Shown here piece after piece: positions 1 to 9,625 of a stretch of 64,000 bases of DNA. Each line of letters opens with the position of its first letter. The stretch's first letter is position 1. The notes beneath the pieces are model-generated. The model made no database searches. It was not told where the DNA came from and saw only the letters and a list, made by a program, of their open reading frames with translations. Both the position numbers and the translations under genes were made by a program. Location: the IMG/VR virus record IMGVR_UViG_3300044712_000123. One strand, given 5' to 3'. The DNA comes from a virus (taxonomy: Duplodnaviria > Heunggongvirae > Uroviricota > Caudoviricetes).

Positions 1-723
1 AGTCATGTATGCAGGGCCCATAATACGATAGGTACTGTGCTTCAATGCGTTTGTTACTACGTCTACATTGATATTGCCGTTACGTTCTGCAACGTCTTGA
101 ATCATATTGACTAATGCTAGCTTGGTACTGATAAATGTATTGTAGAATATCTTAATTGATTCGGCTTCGTCCCATGTTCCGATTTCATAGCGTGGATTAT
201 TCTGCATGAAACCGTTGTAGAAGTCAATTAGTTCACTAGCGTCACCAGTAGTGCTACCGTCGTCTGTACCGATTATAACCATTTCTGGATTAACCATGTC
301 CCATTTTACTGTACCCATTGCAATTAAGTAAGGGTTATAAATGAACCGTGCGTTAGTGATACACGGCTCTAGGATGTTGCGAACTGTTCCTGGCAGAACG
401 GTACTGATGAGGACAACTAATTGACTCTTTGTGACATGTTTATTGACTTCGTTAAGAATGTCTGTAACGATAGTATAATCAAAGTCTTTGTTAGGTAGAT
501 GGCTAGTTGGAGTCTCGCCACCGTAAATAGGATCATGGGGTGTTGGTGCTGCGATAAAGATCAAGTCTCTGTCTTTAACGGCTTCTTCAATCGTACTACG
601 CATTGGAAAAGCTGGGTTACGTTCTACAACGTCATAACCAACAACGTCATGTCCTGCGTCAAACATTACTTCTGCACAGTCTTGGCCTAATTTACCCACG
701 CCAATCATTGCTACTTTTTTCAT
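1..723 (-). CDS. UDP-glucose/GDP-mannose dehydrogenase family protein (runs off the left edge)
   Basis: Not in the ORF track. Manual translation from ATG at 723: MKKVAMIGVGKLG (Rossmann GxGxxG), FIAAPTP, ISTVLPGT, YNPYLIAMG, AESIKIFYNTFIS (catalytic Lys region). Frame is open to position 1. Confidence 0.92.
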   Translation of the reverse strand, partial: MKKVAMIGVGKLGQDCAEVMFDAGHDVVGYDVVERNPAFPMRSTIEEAVKDRDLIFIAAPTPHDPIYGGETPTSHLPNKDFDYTIVTDILNEVNKHVTKSQLVVLISTVLPGTVRNILEPCITNARFIYNPYLIAMGTVKWDMVNPEMVIIGTDDGSTTGDASELIDFYNGFMQNNPRYEIGTWDEAESIKIFYNTFISTKLALVNMIQDVAERNGNINVDVVTNALKHSTYRIMGPAYMT

Positions 724-734
724 TCGTTTCTTTC

Positions 735-1514
735 TTAATACAGTGTTTTGTACATTACCGAGACTCTTTCATCGCATTCTGGAAATACTTTAAAACAATC
801 ATGTCTATCTGTTATCTTAAACAGTTTTTCTGTAGAGTCTTTTGCAAATTCGTATGTCTTATCAGATAGATTAAATCCAATATTCTTTAGATATTGATAA
901 TACATCATAGTCGATGGATGCCCGTCTCCAAATTTAATATGATCTGACTTATATTCTTTAGCGTAATCAAACTCATATAATGACTTTGGAAGTCGTTTCA
1001 TGCTGTCTTTATATAGTTCTTGGACATCTTCGTGAGGATTAGCTTTGTCAAAAATATTGCTTTCGGCATCGATTACGAAAGGTGAGCTAGCCATACAGTA
1101 ACTTGTACATGGAAGACTATTTAGATACGTGATTGACATATCCACAAGAGCGTGATCTCTAATTAAATACCCACGTTCATCAGCAAACTCTCTGACCCAT
1201 TCGTCACTATATCTATCCTGATTATAGATATTACCCAATGTTAGCCAACCACCGTTAGTTAACCATCTGTCTTCTCTTGTAGGAGTTGTGAACATGACTA
1301 ATACCAAGTCATCTTCGTTGAATTTATATCGTTGATTAGTTTCTGCAATACGTGAAGTAATCATTAGATTACCTGCTCCGGCACGTGCAAAATTGTATAG
1401 TTCTGCTTGAGGAGTTTCTTGAAAGATTACGTCTGCCCAAGTTGGCCAGTAGTAACTAGTAAAGCTGCAACCAAACGTGAAGACTCTTTTATATTTTGAC
1501 CATTCAAAGTTCAT
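735..1514 (-). CDS. SGNH/GDSL-like hydrolase or acyltransferase
   Basis: FGCSFT (block I-like), NFARAGAGN (block II-like), C-terminal DGHP. Confidence 0.6.
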   Translation of the reverse strand: MNFEWSKYKRVFTFGCSFTSYYWPTWADVIFQETPQAELYNFARAGAGNLMITSRIAETNQRYKFNEDDLVLVMFTTPTREDRWLTNGGWLTLGNIYNQDRYSDEWVREFADERGYLIRDHALVDMSITYLNSLPCTSYCMASSPFVIDAESNIFDKANPHEDVQELYKDSMKRLPKSLYEFDYAKEYKSDHIKFGDGHPSTMMYYQYLKNIGFNLSDKTYEFAKDSTEKLFKITDRHDCFKVFPECDERVSVMYKTLY

Positions 1515-2587
1515 AGAAACATATTTAGTGGGCCCGTATACTCAGTTTCATTTTTCAGTATATCTAAGAACGGTAACACTTCTTTTGGAAGATTATTGAC
1601 ATAACCCATTGCCACACGTTTGTTATGTACAATCTTTGGCCATAGTTTCTTGTATAACTCAGCTAATTCTTCACGGGATAAGACAGAAAGACGTTTAACA
1701 TTCTCAATAATCTTTTCATATCTATTATGATTATCAGGTTCTGTGTCAAAACTATAATCAAAAATCTCGTCATAGTTTACAAAGCCCATACTGTTTAATT
1801 CTCTGTGATGATACTGAGAACCGGCCACTAAGAAGATTTTGTTTAATAGTATCGGAGTCGCGGTCTTTTCGCTAAAGAAAACAATCTCGTCATCACTCTC
1901 TGTAACTAACTGCATAAAGGATTCTTTAAACTGTTCTGGAACTGTTTCTTGATGAAAGTAACTTAGATCATAGTCCAAGAACATTCGTTTAGGAGTCCAA
2001 TATTGATATGGATAATTGCCCCGTTGACTGTCTAGTAAGTCTGGATATAGATGACGGTCTTCGTCAAATGCGTGAATAATGTCTCTCCAGGATATTGCAC
2101 CACGATCAATTAGATTGTGTTTAGCCAATAGATCCATTACTAAGCAACGATGACGCTTGGCTATGTTGTTTGTACAGATATAAAGATAATTGAAATTATT
2201 GTTATTCTCTCCAAAGTTCATGTCTCGCATATCTACATTCTTAGCAAGATTCATGTCCATATTGCCCTGGCTTAATGTCCACATATTATATGTACGAGTG
2301 AACCAGAACTCTGGCATGTATATCATGTTAATACGCTTGTACTTAGGCTCATTAAAGTCAAGTAAAGGAGGCATAGTCTTTGGATACGGAGTAACAATTG
2401 TGACAGGGATATTGTGTTCGTATGCGATATCTAATAACCTCTCATACGCTACAGTTTCAGTAGGCCAGGTATACAATATCTCTTGCAGAAAGTCTAGTAG
2501 AATATGTGATACAACCGAAGGATTATCTTCAATATCCTTGACAAATTCAGGGAAGTTTAGGGTCCAGCGTTGTGTTACTTTAAGCAT
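1511..2587 (-). CDS. GT-B glycosyltransferase-like protein (GT10/fucosyltransferase-like)
   Basis: C-terminal FMQLVTES..FFSEKTATP...GF..Y.EIFDYSFD. Paralog of 2575..3579, 7334..8647 and 51778..52815. Confidence 0.6.
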   Translation of the reverse strand: MLKVTQRWTLNFPEFVKDIEDNPSVVSHILLDFLQEILYTWPTETVAYERLLDIAYEHNIPVTIVTPYPKTMPPLLDFNEPKYKRINMIYMPEFWFTRTYNMWTLSQGNMDMNLAKNVDMRDMNFGENNNNFNYLYICTNNIAKRHRCLVMDLLAKHNLIDRGAISWRDIIHAFDEDRHLYPDLLDSQRGNYPYQYWTPKRMFLDYDLSYFHQETVPEQFKESFMQLVTESDDEIVFFSEKTATPILLNKIFLVAGSQYHHRELNSMGFVNYDEIFDYSFDTEPDNHNRYEKIIENVKRLSVLSREELAELYKKLWPKIVHNKRVAMGYVNNLPKEVLPFLDILKNETEYTGPLNMFL

Positions 2588-3579
2588 TGATTGACTAAGT
2601 TAATATATCTGCCGTCACTGTGCATTGGCTTATACCCTTCAAGCCCAACATAGTTTACACGTTCAACAGCGAGTGGATGAATATAGTTTATATCGTGTAT
2701 AATCTCTTGGGCACGATTGTAATTGTGTATCAATTTAGGCTTAATTAACTCATATAATTGATTATAGTCTTTACCCACGATACTGTTTACATTGTCTGCA
2801 ACCATACTAGCACGTGTTTCCATGTCTGTTATTCTGTCAAAACTATAGTCGAATAACTCTGTGTATAACTCAAATCCTAAGTCAGTTAAACACTGGTTAA
2901 ACCCTTCTTTACCTAATGATATAAAAGGCTTCTTTAAGAAGATAGGGATTAGTGTTTTCTCACTGATAATATTGACTGTTGTGGTAGCTTCACCTACTAC
3001 ATGTAGGAACGATTGATGGAACTGTTCTGGCAATAGAAATGAATCTAATCTAGTAGCAAAATCATCGTCAATGGTTCTGATTCTACCGTCATAATACTTG
3101 AAGGGGTAACCATGATTAGTGACAAAGTTGTGATACGTGACTACACCTTTGTCTATTAGGTTATGTCGTGCTAGATTATCTATTAACGCACAACGGTGAA
3201 CATGCCCTTTGTTGTTTAAACTTATGAAGGGGTATTTGTGTTCAGTTGTAGGTGTGTATTCTTTATACGGGAAATTAGAACGTAGACACATTTCAGTCCA
3301 GCTTATCCAGAATGTAGGCCAGAACTCTATCTGACTATATTCTAATCCCATTGAATCACAGTAATCATTATAGACTTTATCAGGGAAACTACCATGAATC
3401 ATAGTAAATTCAATTTTAAACTCTTTCAATAAGTCATAGAAATGTTTAGGGAAATGACGTTGCTCCCACTCTAACTCATTGAATATAATTACTCGTTTAG
3501 CTTTATACTTTGCTATGTCATTAACGATCTGAGTAACATCGTATCCGTCTACTGGATCATATGTTAATGTATCTTTCAT
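2575..3579 (-). CDS. GT-B glycosyltransferase-like protein (GT10/fucosyltransferase-like)
   Basis: FISLNNKGHVHR...FLHVVGEA..IISEKTLIP...LGFELYTELFDYSFD. Confidence 0.6.
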   Translation of the reverse strand: MKDTLTYDPVDGYDVTQIVNDIAKYKAKRVIIFNELEWEQRHFPKHFYDLLKEFKIEFTMIHGSFPDKVYNDYCDSMGLEYSQIEFWPTFWISWTEMCLRSNFPYKEYTPTTEHKYPFISLNNKGHVHRCALIDNLARHNLIDKGVVTYHNFVTNHGYPFKYYDGRIRTIDDDFATRLDSFLLPEQFHQSFLHVVGEATTTVNIISEKTLIPIFLKKPFISLGKEGFNQCLTDLGFELYTELFDYSFDRITDMETRASMVADNVNSIVGKDYNQLYELIKPKLIHNYNRAQEIIHDINYIHPLAVERVNYVGLEGYKPMHSDGRYINLVNQCLK

Positions 3580-5507
3580 TGTTTGCTAACCCACGCTTTA
3601 CCAAAGTTTCTGCGTCTAGCAAAGAAAATCTGTTCACAGAATCTTTGTAGGCTCATATCTTTATCTTCTGGGAAGTCAAATAGATATGTGCTAGGACTAT
3701 TTAAATCATTATCATGCTGAATATATCCAATAATATCGTGCTTAAAGTTTAATGTTCTTGGATACTCACTGATCTTAGCATGGTCCACAACGAAACTGCG
3801 TTGAATAGTTAATAGTTCTTCCATTATCTCTGGATCAATATCACTATAGTTCTTTCGCATAAAGTCTTCAATTACTCTGAATACATGCTCATGTTTACCG
3901 TCACTGTGCAAGTTAATCATTGTACTGTGAACTAGATTCCAACCGTGAATCTCCATACCCTGAATAGGTTCATGATCGATTCTACCAATCTCTGTCCAGC
4001 GTTGATAATGATCTTTGATACGGTCGTTCTCTTTACTGAACCATTCGTCTTGTCTAATATGTACTAAAAGATTCTCGTAGAATGTCTCATAGGGAATACC
4101 CTTCTTGTATAGATAGCGACTGATAAAGTTAGTCATTCCGTTAATGTGAAACGTATTCATGAACCAACTGAATAATTGCGCTTCAACCATTTTCTCTACA
4201 GGTAAGTCTTTGGTTGAAACAATTACTTCAACACCTTCTTGTAACTCATGCTCATTGTATGTACCCACGAGATAATCGTATACGGTTCTACCCTCTAGTT
4301 TATAGAGTTTTCTTTGTAGTAGGTTCATCTCAGCATTTTCCAATAACTGAGCCTGATAGATAGTAATACCCGTGTGATTACCTGCACGATATAGTTTATA
4401 GAAGTTTTGCTTCCAGGTTTCTAATGTCTCGCCCGGAAGTCCTAGAATCAATTCAGTATACAGTGGGATATTGTGTTCTTCACACATTTCAAAGACTTCT
4501 TCGATCTTGTTAGTATCTAGGTTCTTTCTTTTGATAATCTCTAGTACATTATCGTCCATTGTCTGCACAGAAAGGTTTAAACCGATCTTACTGCCACCTT
4601 CGTAAATCAATTTACGAACGATATCAACAACTTCTTTCTTTTGATTCTTTGCCCAACTGATAGTATATGCCTTAGGGTTGCCATATTCTTTCTGTACACT
4701 GATAAGTTTATCTGCAATTAAGCTATCACGTTCAGCATATATACCGAAATTGGCGTCAGTTAAACTAACAAAGTCGCATTTATTCTTTCCGACCCATTCT
4801 AATTCAGCATAAACTCTTTCTAATGCAAAGGTCTTTACTTTATTATATGTGAGACTTCCCCAGTCGCAAAATGTACATGCATAGGGGCATCCTCTATTAC
4901 TTTCTAGTGTAGCGTTCCAAGTAATCTCGGGATGTTTAGCAATCAGTTTATCGAACACGCCAGTCAAATAGGGGCTGGGAATAACGTCTAATTCACCTAT
5001 ACGTTCTGCATCACCTGTGTCTAGTTTCTTTCCGTTGTCATTAATAATAAGTCCAGGGATACTTTTATAGTTCTTATCACCCATAAATTCTTCTAGAATA
5101 CGCTTGAAACTAATTTCACCTTCAAGTTTAGCACAGATATCAACGTTAGGATGCTTTCTGAATAGATCAGGCTTTTCGATAGGGTATTCGGGGCCGCCAC
5201 CTAAGATTAAGATATTAGGATTAGCTTTCTTTAACTCACGTGCAAGAACTGTGTTATAGCTTCGATTCCAGATATAGGTACTGAAACCAACAACATCGTG
5301 GTCTTTTAGTAACTCAACAACATCTTCGATTTTGTCTCGTCTCCAAACAAATTCTCCTAGCTCATAGTTATCACTGATGTGTTGAAACTGTGAAGCATAA
5401 CTCCATAGGACAGCAGGGCTATACGGGAGATAATATGCATTAAACTCCTTCGGTCCCTGCTGAAAATTTGGATTAACGAAACTAACTATTTTTTTAGGCA
5501 TATCCAC
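3576..5507 (-). CDS. Cobalamin-binding-domain (class B-type) radical SAM enzyme
   Basis: N-terminal B12-binding-like domain (VGFSTYIWN, GGGPE, EGE); RGCPYACTFC (CxxxCxxC); DANFG; ELILGLPGET. Confidence 0.9.
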   Translation of the reverse strand: MDMPKKIVSFVNPNFQQGPKEFNAYYLPYSPAVLWSYASQFQHISDNYELGEFVWRRDKIEDVVELLKDHDVVGFSTYIWNRSYNTVLARELKKANPNILILGGGPEYPIEKPDLFRKHPNVDICAKLEGEISFKRILEEFMGDKNYKSIPGLIINDNGKKLDTGDAERIGELDVIPSPYLTGVFDKLIAKHPEITWNATLESNRGCPYACTFCDWGSLTYNKVKTFALERVYAELEWVGKNKCDFVSLTDANFGIYAERDSLIADKLISVQKEYGNPKAYTISWAKNQKKEVVDIVRKLIYEGGSKIGLNLSVQTMDDNVLEIIKRKNLDTNKIEEVFEMCEEHNIPLYTELILGLPGETLETWKQNFYKLYRAGNHTGITIYQAQLLENAEMNLLQRKLYKLEGRTVYDYLVGTYNEHELQEGVEVIVSTKDLPVEKMVEAQLFSWFMNTFHINGMTNFISRYLYKKGIPYETFYENLLVHIRQDEWFSKENDRIKDHYQRWTEIGRIDHEPIQGMEIHGWNLVHSTMINLHSDGKHEHVFRVIEDFMRKNYSDIDPEIMEELLTIQRSFVVDHAKISEYPRTLNFKHDIIGYIQHDNDLNSPSTYLFDFPEDKDMSLQRFCEQIFFARRRNFGKAWVSKQ

Positions 5508-6363
5508 GCAACTTAATAAACTTTGCTAACTCTTCTCCGATTACTTTGTAACCTTCAAGTGTAGGGTGTGCCCCTTCGCAGTTAGTAAGATATTTAGCTG
5601 GATAATCCATCTTGTGATAGAAGTTATGATATGCACCCCAGTCTTCGGGTTTAATTAGTCCGTCGAGCCAGATTAGTTTCTGAATCATAGCACCATAATC
5701 AGTAGTCTTGTGAATATAATGCTCGTCCCATTTAAACTTATCTTTTAAGTATCCTGAATATTCTTTTAGATAACGCTCTACACCACCTGGACTTTGATTA
5801 AATCCGTTGGCCACGACTAGTTTATAGTTATGTGCCTTACAGAAGTTTTGCAAGTCAAGTAAGGCCATCATTTGACTAGAAGCAACAAACTGTTCACTCC
5901 ATAGTTCTTTACCATATGTTGTCCAGATAGGATCTTCACCGGGGAAAGGCCATGCTGTACGCCACTTATAATGTACGAACTCACCCGTGCTGTAACCATC
6001 GTCTTGACCGTTATTATGCTTAGGGTTCTGATGAAAGAAGTCATAGCGTTCAAAGCCACTCAACATTAGAACGATGATACCTTCGCTGTTGTCAAAGTCT
6101 ACTCTATCACAGAAATGAAGTTGATTAACTGCGGCTCTGTTTCCGATACCACGAGCGCCTAAGTTGATTGGAGTATGATCGGGGAAATAGTCTCTGCACA
6201 ATACATTGACCCAACTGTTCTCATGCTCAATATGACGTAGATAATAGTCATCACGACCGCGAACTTGTACACGGCCACCGTGATCTTTCCATACTTGATC
6301 TGGATAACCACCTTCGCCTTGTGTCCAGCTGCATCCTAATCCGATAATATACTTCTTTGTCAT
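5494..6363 (-). CDS. SGNH/GDSL-like hydrolase or acyltransferase
   Basis: GLGCSWTQG, NLGARGIGN, GAHPTLEGYKVIGEEL (typical SGNH block V context). Confidence 0.7.
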   Translation of the reverse strand: MTKKYIIGLGCSWTQGEGGYPDQVWKDHGGRVQVRGRDDYYLRHIEHENSWVNVLCRDYFPDHTPINLGARGIGNRAAVNQLHFCDRVDFDNSEGIIVLMLSGFERYDFFHQNPKHNNGQDDGYSTGEFVHYKWRTAWPFPGEDPIWTTYGKELWSEQFVASSQMMALLDLQNFCKAHNYKLVVANGFNQSPGGVERYLKEYSGYLKDKFKWDEHYIHKTTDYGAMIQKLIWLDGLIKPEDWGAYHNFYHKMDYPAKYLTNCEGAHPTLEGYKVIGEELAKFIKLRGYA

Positions 6364-7337
6364 TCTACGTCTTTCTCGCCCTTAGCGATTTGTTCACTGA
6401 TCCAGTTGTAAGTCTTAATTAAACCACTCTCTAAATCTTCGTCAGGTACCCAATTAATCATTTCTTTGATTAATTTGTTGTCACTTGTGCGACCCATAAC
6501 GCCTACGGGTCCCGGAATGTTTTTAATTGATACATTCTTGTTGTTTAATTTAGCAATTAACCATACTAGATTGTTAATTGATATCATACGTGTACTTCCA
6601 AGGTTGACGGGGATAGTACAATCGCTTTCCATGATACGTTGAATACCTTCAATGCACTCGTCAATGAATAAGAAGCTACGTGTTTGATTACCCGGACCCC
6701 ATATCTCTACAGTTCCTTTGTCTTCACACAACGCTACTTTGCGACATAGTGCTGCTGGGGCTTTCTCTTTACCATTGTTCCATGATCCACGAGGGCCAAA
6801 GATGTTGTGGAATCGTGCTACTCTAACGTCAATGTTATAGTTACGTGCGTATGTAAGATATAGTCGTTCACTGAATAGTTTTTCCCATCCATATTCACTG
6901 TCTGGGTTCGCAGGGTATGCACTGTCTTCAGCCATTAACGGGTTGAGAGGATCCTCTTGATTATGACTTGGGTACATACATGCACTGCTAGAATAAAAGA
7001 CTTTCTTAATGCCTTTCTTCTTCATAACATCTAATACGTTCAAGTTGATAGTTGCACTGTTGTGCATGATATCAGCATCGTGTTCACCTGTAAAGATATA
7101 GCCGGCTCCGCCCATGTCTGCTGCTAATTGATATACTTCGTCGGTGTCTGCACTAAGTACATGGTCAACGTTACTATGCACACGTAAATCAGCGATGATA
7201 AACTCATCAGCACTTGACTCACCGTACAGTGGATAATGCAGGTCAACACCCACAACGTAATTACCTTGTTCTTTCAGTTTCTCGACTAGGTGGGTCCCAA
7301 TGAACCCACCAGCTCCGCATACTACGATATTTTTCAC
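6360..7337 (-). CDS. NAD-dependent epimerase, GDP-mannose 3,5-epimerase-like
   Basis: GAGGFIG, LAADMGG, SSACMYP, YGWEK (YxxxK), RFHNIFGP, EKAPAALCRK, TRSFLFIDEC: motifs characteristic of GME. Confidence 0.88.
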   Translation of the reverse strand: MKNIVVCGAGGFIGTHLVEKLKEQGNYVVGVDLHYPLYGESSADEFIIADLRVHSNVDHVLSADTDEVYQLAADMGGAGYIFTGEHDADIMHNSATINLNVLDVMKKKGIKKVFYSSSACMYPSHNQEDPLNPLMAEDSAYPANPDSEYGWEKLFSERLYLTYARNYNIDVRVARFHNIFGPRGSWNNGKEKAPAALCRKVALCEDKGTVEIWGPGNQTRSFLFIDECIEGIQRIMESDCTIPVNLGSTRMISINNLVWLIAKLNNKNVSIKNIPGPVGVMGRTSDNKLIKEMINWVPDEDLESGLIKTYNWISEQIAKGEKDVE

Positions 7338-8647
7338 GGGTGTTTGCTCCTAATGATGTTCTTAATCTTTTCCGCAACCACATCACTTGATTTGACTTTA
7401 ACCATTTTAAAGTTATGCTCTAGTATAGGTTTAACTCTGCGTCTAAAGTCTAAGATTTTCTCGTTGTCCCAGCGACCAATCTCACGTAGAATCTCGATTG
7501 TCCTGCGCATTCTAATGTTAGGGTCATCGATTTCATCATAGTCTTCTGGCCAAAATTCACTAAACGTTTGAAAGCCTAACTCTCGTAGAGATTTAAGTGT
7601 TCCTTTAACGCCTAAAATAATAAACGGATGCTTTTCTTTTAATGGCTTAAATGATTTCTCTGTCAACGTGACTTCATTTAAGTCATAATTAGTCTCAGTA
7701 ACTAAGCTAACTAAACTATTCTGATAGAAGTTTCTTGCGGCACCGTCAAAGTCTCCGCACATCTGATGAATGTTTGTTTCTCCGTCTAATACTAACGGTA
7801 GTTTATTCATTAAACTTTGCATTGTTTCATCAGTAACACCCAAGAATCTACGCTTTTCAGGGGATACAACATCTTCGAACTTGAATGATGTGTTCTCTGG
7901 GTCGTTCTTTCCCAAGCTGATATACGATCTATCGACTAGTCCTTCTTTCTCTAAACCCAAGACTAATGAAATTCTGTGACTACGATATCTGCGATTCCAA
8001 GACAAAAATAATTTTTCAGGAACTACCTCAGTATCGTAATTTGGTTCAGGTGGTATGGGTCTCAACGTTAGATTTCTAGCAATACCATTCTGACTTGTAG
8101 GATAAGAGATAAGATGCATTTTGTCTCTTGGGTCAGTGATATTGTGCTTGGCACAGTAAATCTCATATAGATCATTTGCATTCATACACCCAGTAACATA
8201 GATGATTTTGCTCAATGGAATACCATAGAATCCAAAGTAAGAATGCATCAACCCAAGCTGTTGTTCCTGAACAAATGCCTCAGCACTTAGGTCAATTAAG
8301 AAATAACCACCGTTGCTTCTTACTTGATGAATTACGTGCTCAGGTGTATGTGAGAATTCTAGTATACCAGAGTTATACAGATAGTAATTACCCAACGGGA
8401 TGCGCCACATTAATGCATAAGGATAGATGAATACATCTTTATCTTCTAGCATTGATATATGATACAGTTCGTAACCAGGACGATTACAGAAGATTTCATT
8501 CCAAACACTGTCACACCAAAACATTCTACTATCAGTAGTTGTACCTTGCGCAACTGCTGCAAAACTTAGTAAGTTTGGTAGTTCAGTATTTAGGATAGGG
8601 CCCTTCGGCCCTATCCAGCTATAACAAATTTTAATTTTATCTGACAT
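7334..8647 (-). CDS. GT-B glycosyltransferase-like protein (GT10/fucosyltransferase-like)
   Basis: FLSWNRRYRSHR...VSLVTET..LTEKSFKP..HPFII...LGFQTFSEFWPEDYD. Confidence 0.6.
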   Translation of the reverse strand: MSDKIKICYSWIGPKGPILNTELPNLLSFAAVAQGTTTDSRMFWCDSVWNEIFCNRPGYELYHISMLEDKDVFIYPYALMWRIPLGNYYLYNSGILEFSHTPEHVIHQVRSNGGYFLIDLSAEAFVQEQQLGLMHSYFGFYGIPLSKIIYVTGCMNANDLYEIYCAKHNITDPRDKMHLISYPTSQNGIARNLTLRPIPPEPNYDTEVVPEKLFLSWNRRYRSHRISLVLGLEKEGLVDRSYISLGKNDPENTSFKFEDVVSPEKRRFLGVTDETMQSLMNKLPLVLDGETNIHQMCGDFDGAARNFYQNSLVSLVTETNYDLNEVTLTEKSFKPLKEKHPFIILGVKGTLKSLRELGFQTFSEFWPEDYDEIDDPNIRMRRTIEILREIGRWDNEKILDFRRRVKPILEHNFKMVKVKSSDVVAEKIKNIIRSKHP

Positions 8648-8653
8648 AAATTC

Positions 8654-8661
8654 TATTTATT
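8654..8661 (-). promoter_or_regulatory. Putative gp55-type late promoter (AATAAATA)
   Basis: Matches the xxTAAATA motif seen upstream of the structural genes; 6 nt upstream of the ATG at 8647; overlaps the upstream stop codon. Confidence 0.4.
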
Positions 8662-9625
8662 GCTCTAAGAACTTGGGTATGATAATATCTGTGCCGCAAT
8701 GACAGTGCTCTTTTTCGCACATAATTTGCTTGGGTCCTACCCGATTAATATCAGTTAAGATATGCCCTACATACCCACCCATGCCACAGCTTGCTAGACT
8801 CATCTCACCTACAGGGTTGATAAAGATAGCATCACCTACGTTACAGTTCCAACCACTAAAGAAGTTGTTACCAGCAACAATAACTTCATTACTGTTGCAA
8901 ACCTCAGTGCTATCGTCATCATACTTGTTATAACTAACAGTCAACGTTGTACGCTTCATGGGCTTACGCTTTGTCTGCTGAATTTCAGTAGTATGCTCAC
9001 GTAACCATGCTTCTTTAGCAGGGTCTTTATACTGCCAAGGACCAGCGTTGACTGACATTTCATCGAACAATGGAGTCCACTCAACAAAGTAATTGGGCAT
9101 AACTGTCTTTAGATAGTTACCATACTCTACGACTTCCCAGAATCTTTCTTCGTGCATTAGCATCTTAGTAGAAAGATAGTTGACTTTATCGCATAGGAAG
9201 ATACTGTTTTCTTCATAGCGTTTCTTGTCACTGAACTCTACGTGATAGCTTGCGACCACATCATCAAATAGATGATAGTGCTTTTGCCACCAAGCAAGAG
9301 GACGACTCAAATTAGTATTAACTGCTAGAGTAGCGCGAGGTAGTTTCTCGTAGAGCCATTCGCAGATTGGGATAAAGTTCTTCCATGCTGTTGGCTCACC
9401 GCCACTGAAGAAGAACTTAAAGTTCTTGTACCCGGCAGCTTTGTACTTGTTGATAATCGTTTCTAGATTATTAATATAAACGTCTAGGTTATCATTGTTG
9501 AGGTCAGTTCCTCCCCAGTTGCCCGGATTACAGTAGCTACACTTGAAGTTACAGTAGTTGTTAACTTGCCAAGTAACCGCTAGATAGGGCTGGGGAGCCT
9601 CAATCGCTATTAGCTTTTTGCCCAT
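8657..9625 (-). CDS. Radical SAM protein with C-terminal Cys-rich auxiliary-cluster domain
   Basis: CNFKCSYC, FSGGEPT, C-terminal GWNC...ASC...CEKEHCHC. Confidence 0.9.
   Translation of the reverse strand: MGKKLIAIEAPQPYLAVTWQVNNYCNFKCSYCNPGNWGGTDLNNDNLDVYINNLETIINKYKAAGYKNFKFFFSGGEPTAWKNFIPICEWLYEKLPRATLAVNTNLSRPLAWWQKHYHLFDDVVASYHVEFSDKKRYEENSIFLCDKVNYLSTKMLMHEERFWEVVEYGNYLKTVMPNYFVEWTPLFDEMSVNAGPWQYKDPAKEAWLREHTTEIQQTKRKPMKRTTLTVSYNKYDDDSTEVCNSNEVIVAGNNFFSGWNCNVGDAIFINPVGEMSLASCGMGGYVGHILTDINRVGPKQIMCEKEHCHCGTDIIIPKFLEQ

Noticed and set aside
499-869. Plus-strand ORFs 499..690 and 603..869
   Set aside because: Antisense shadows of the clear minus-strand sugar dehydrogenase and SGNH-like genes
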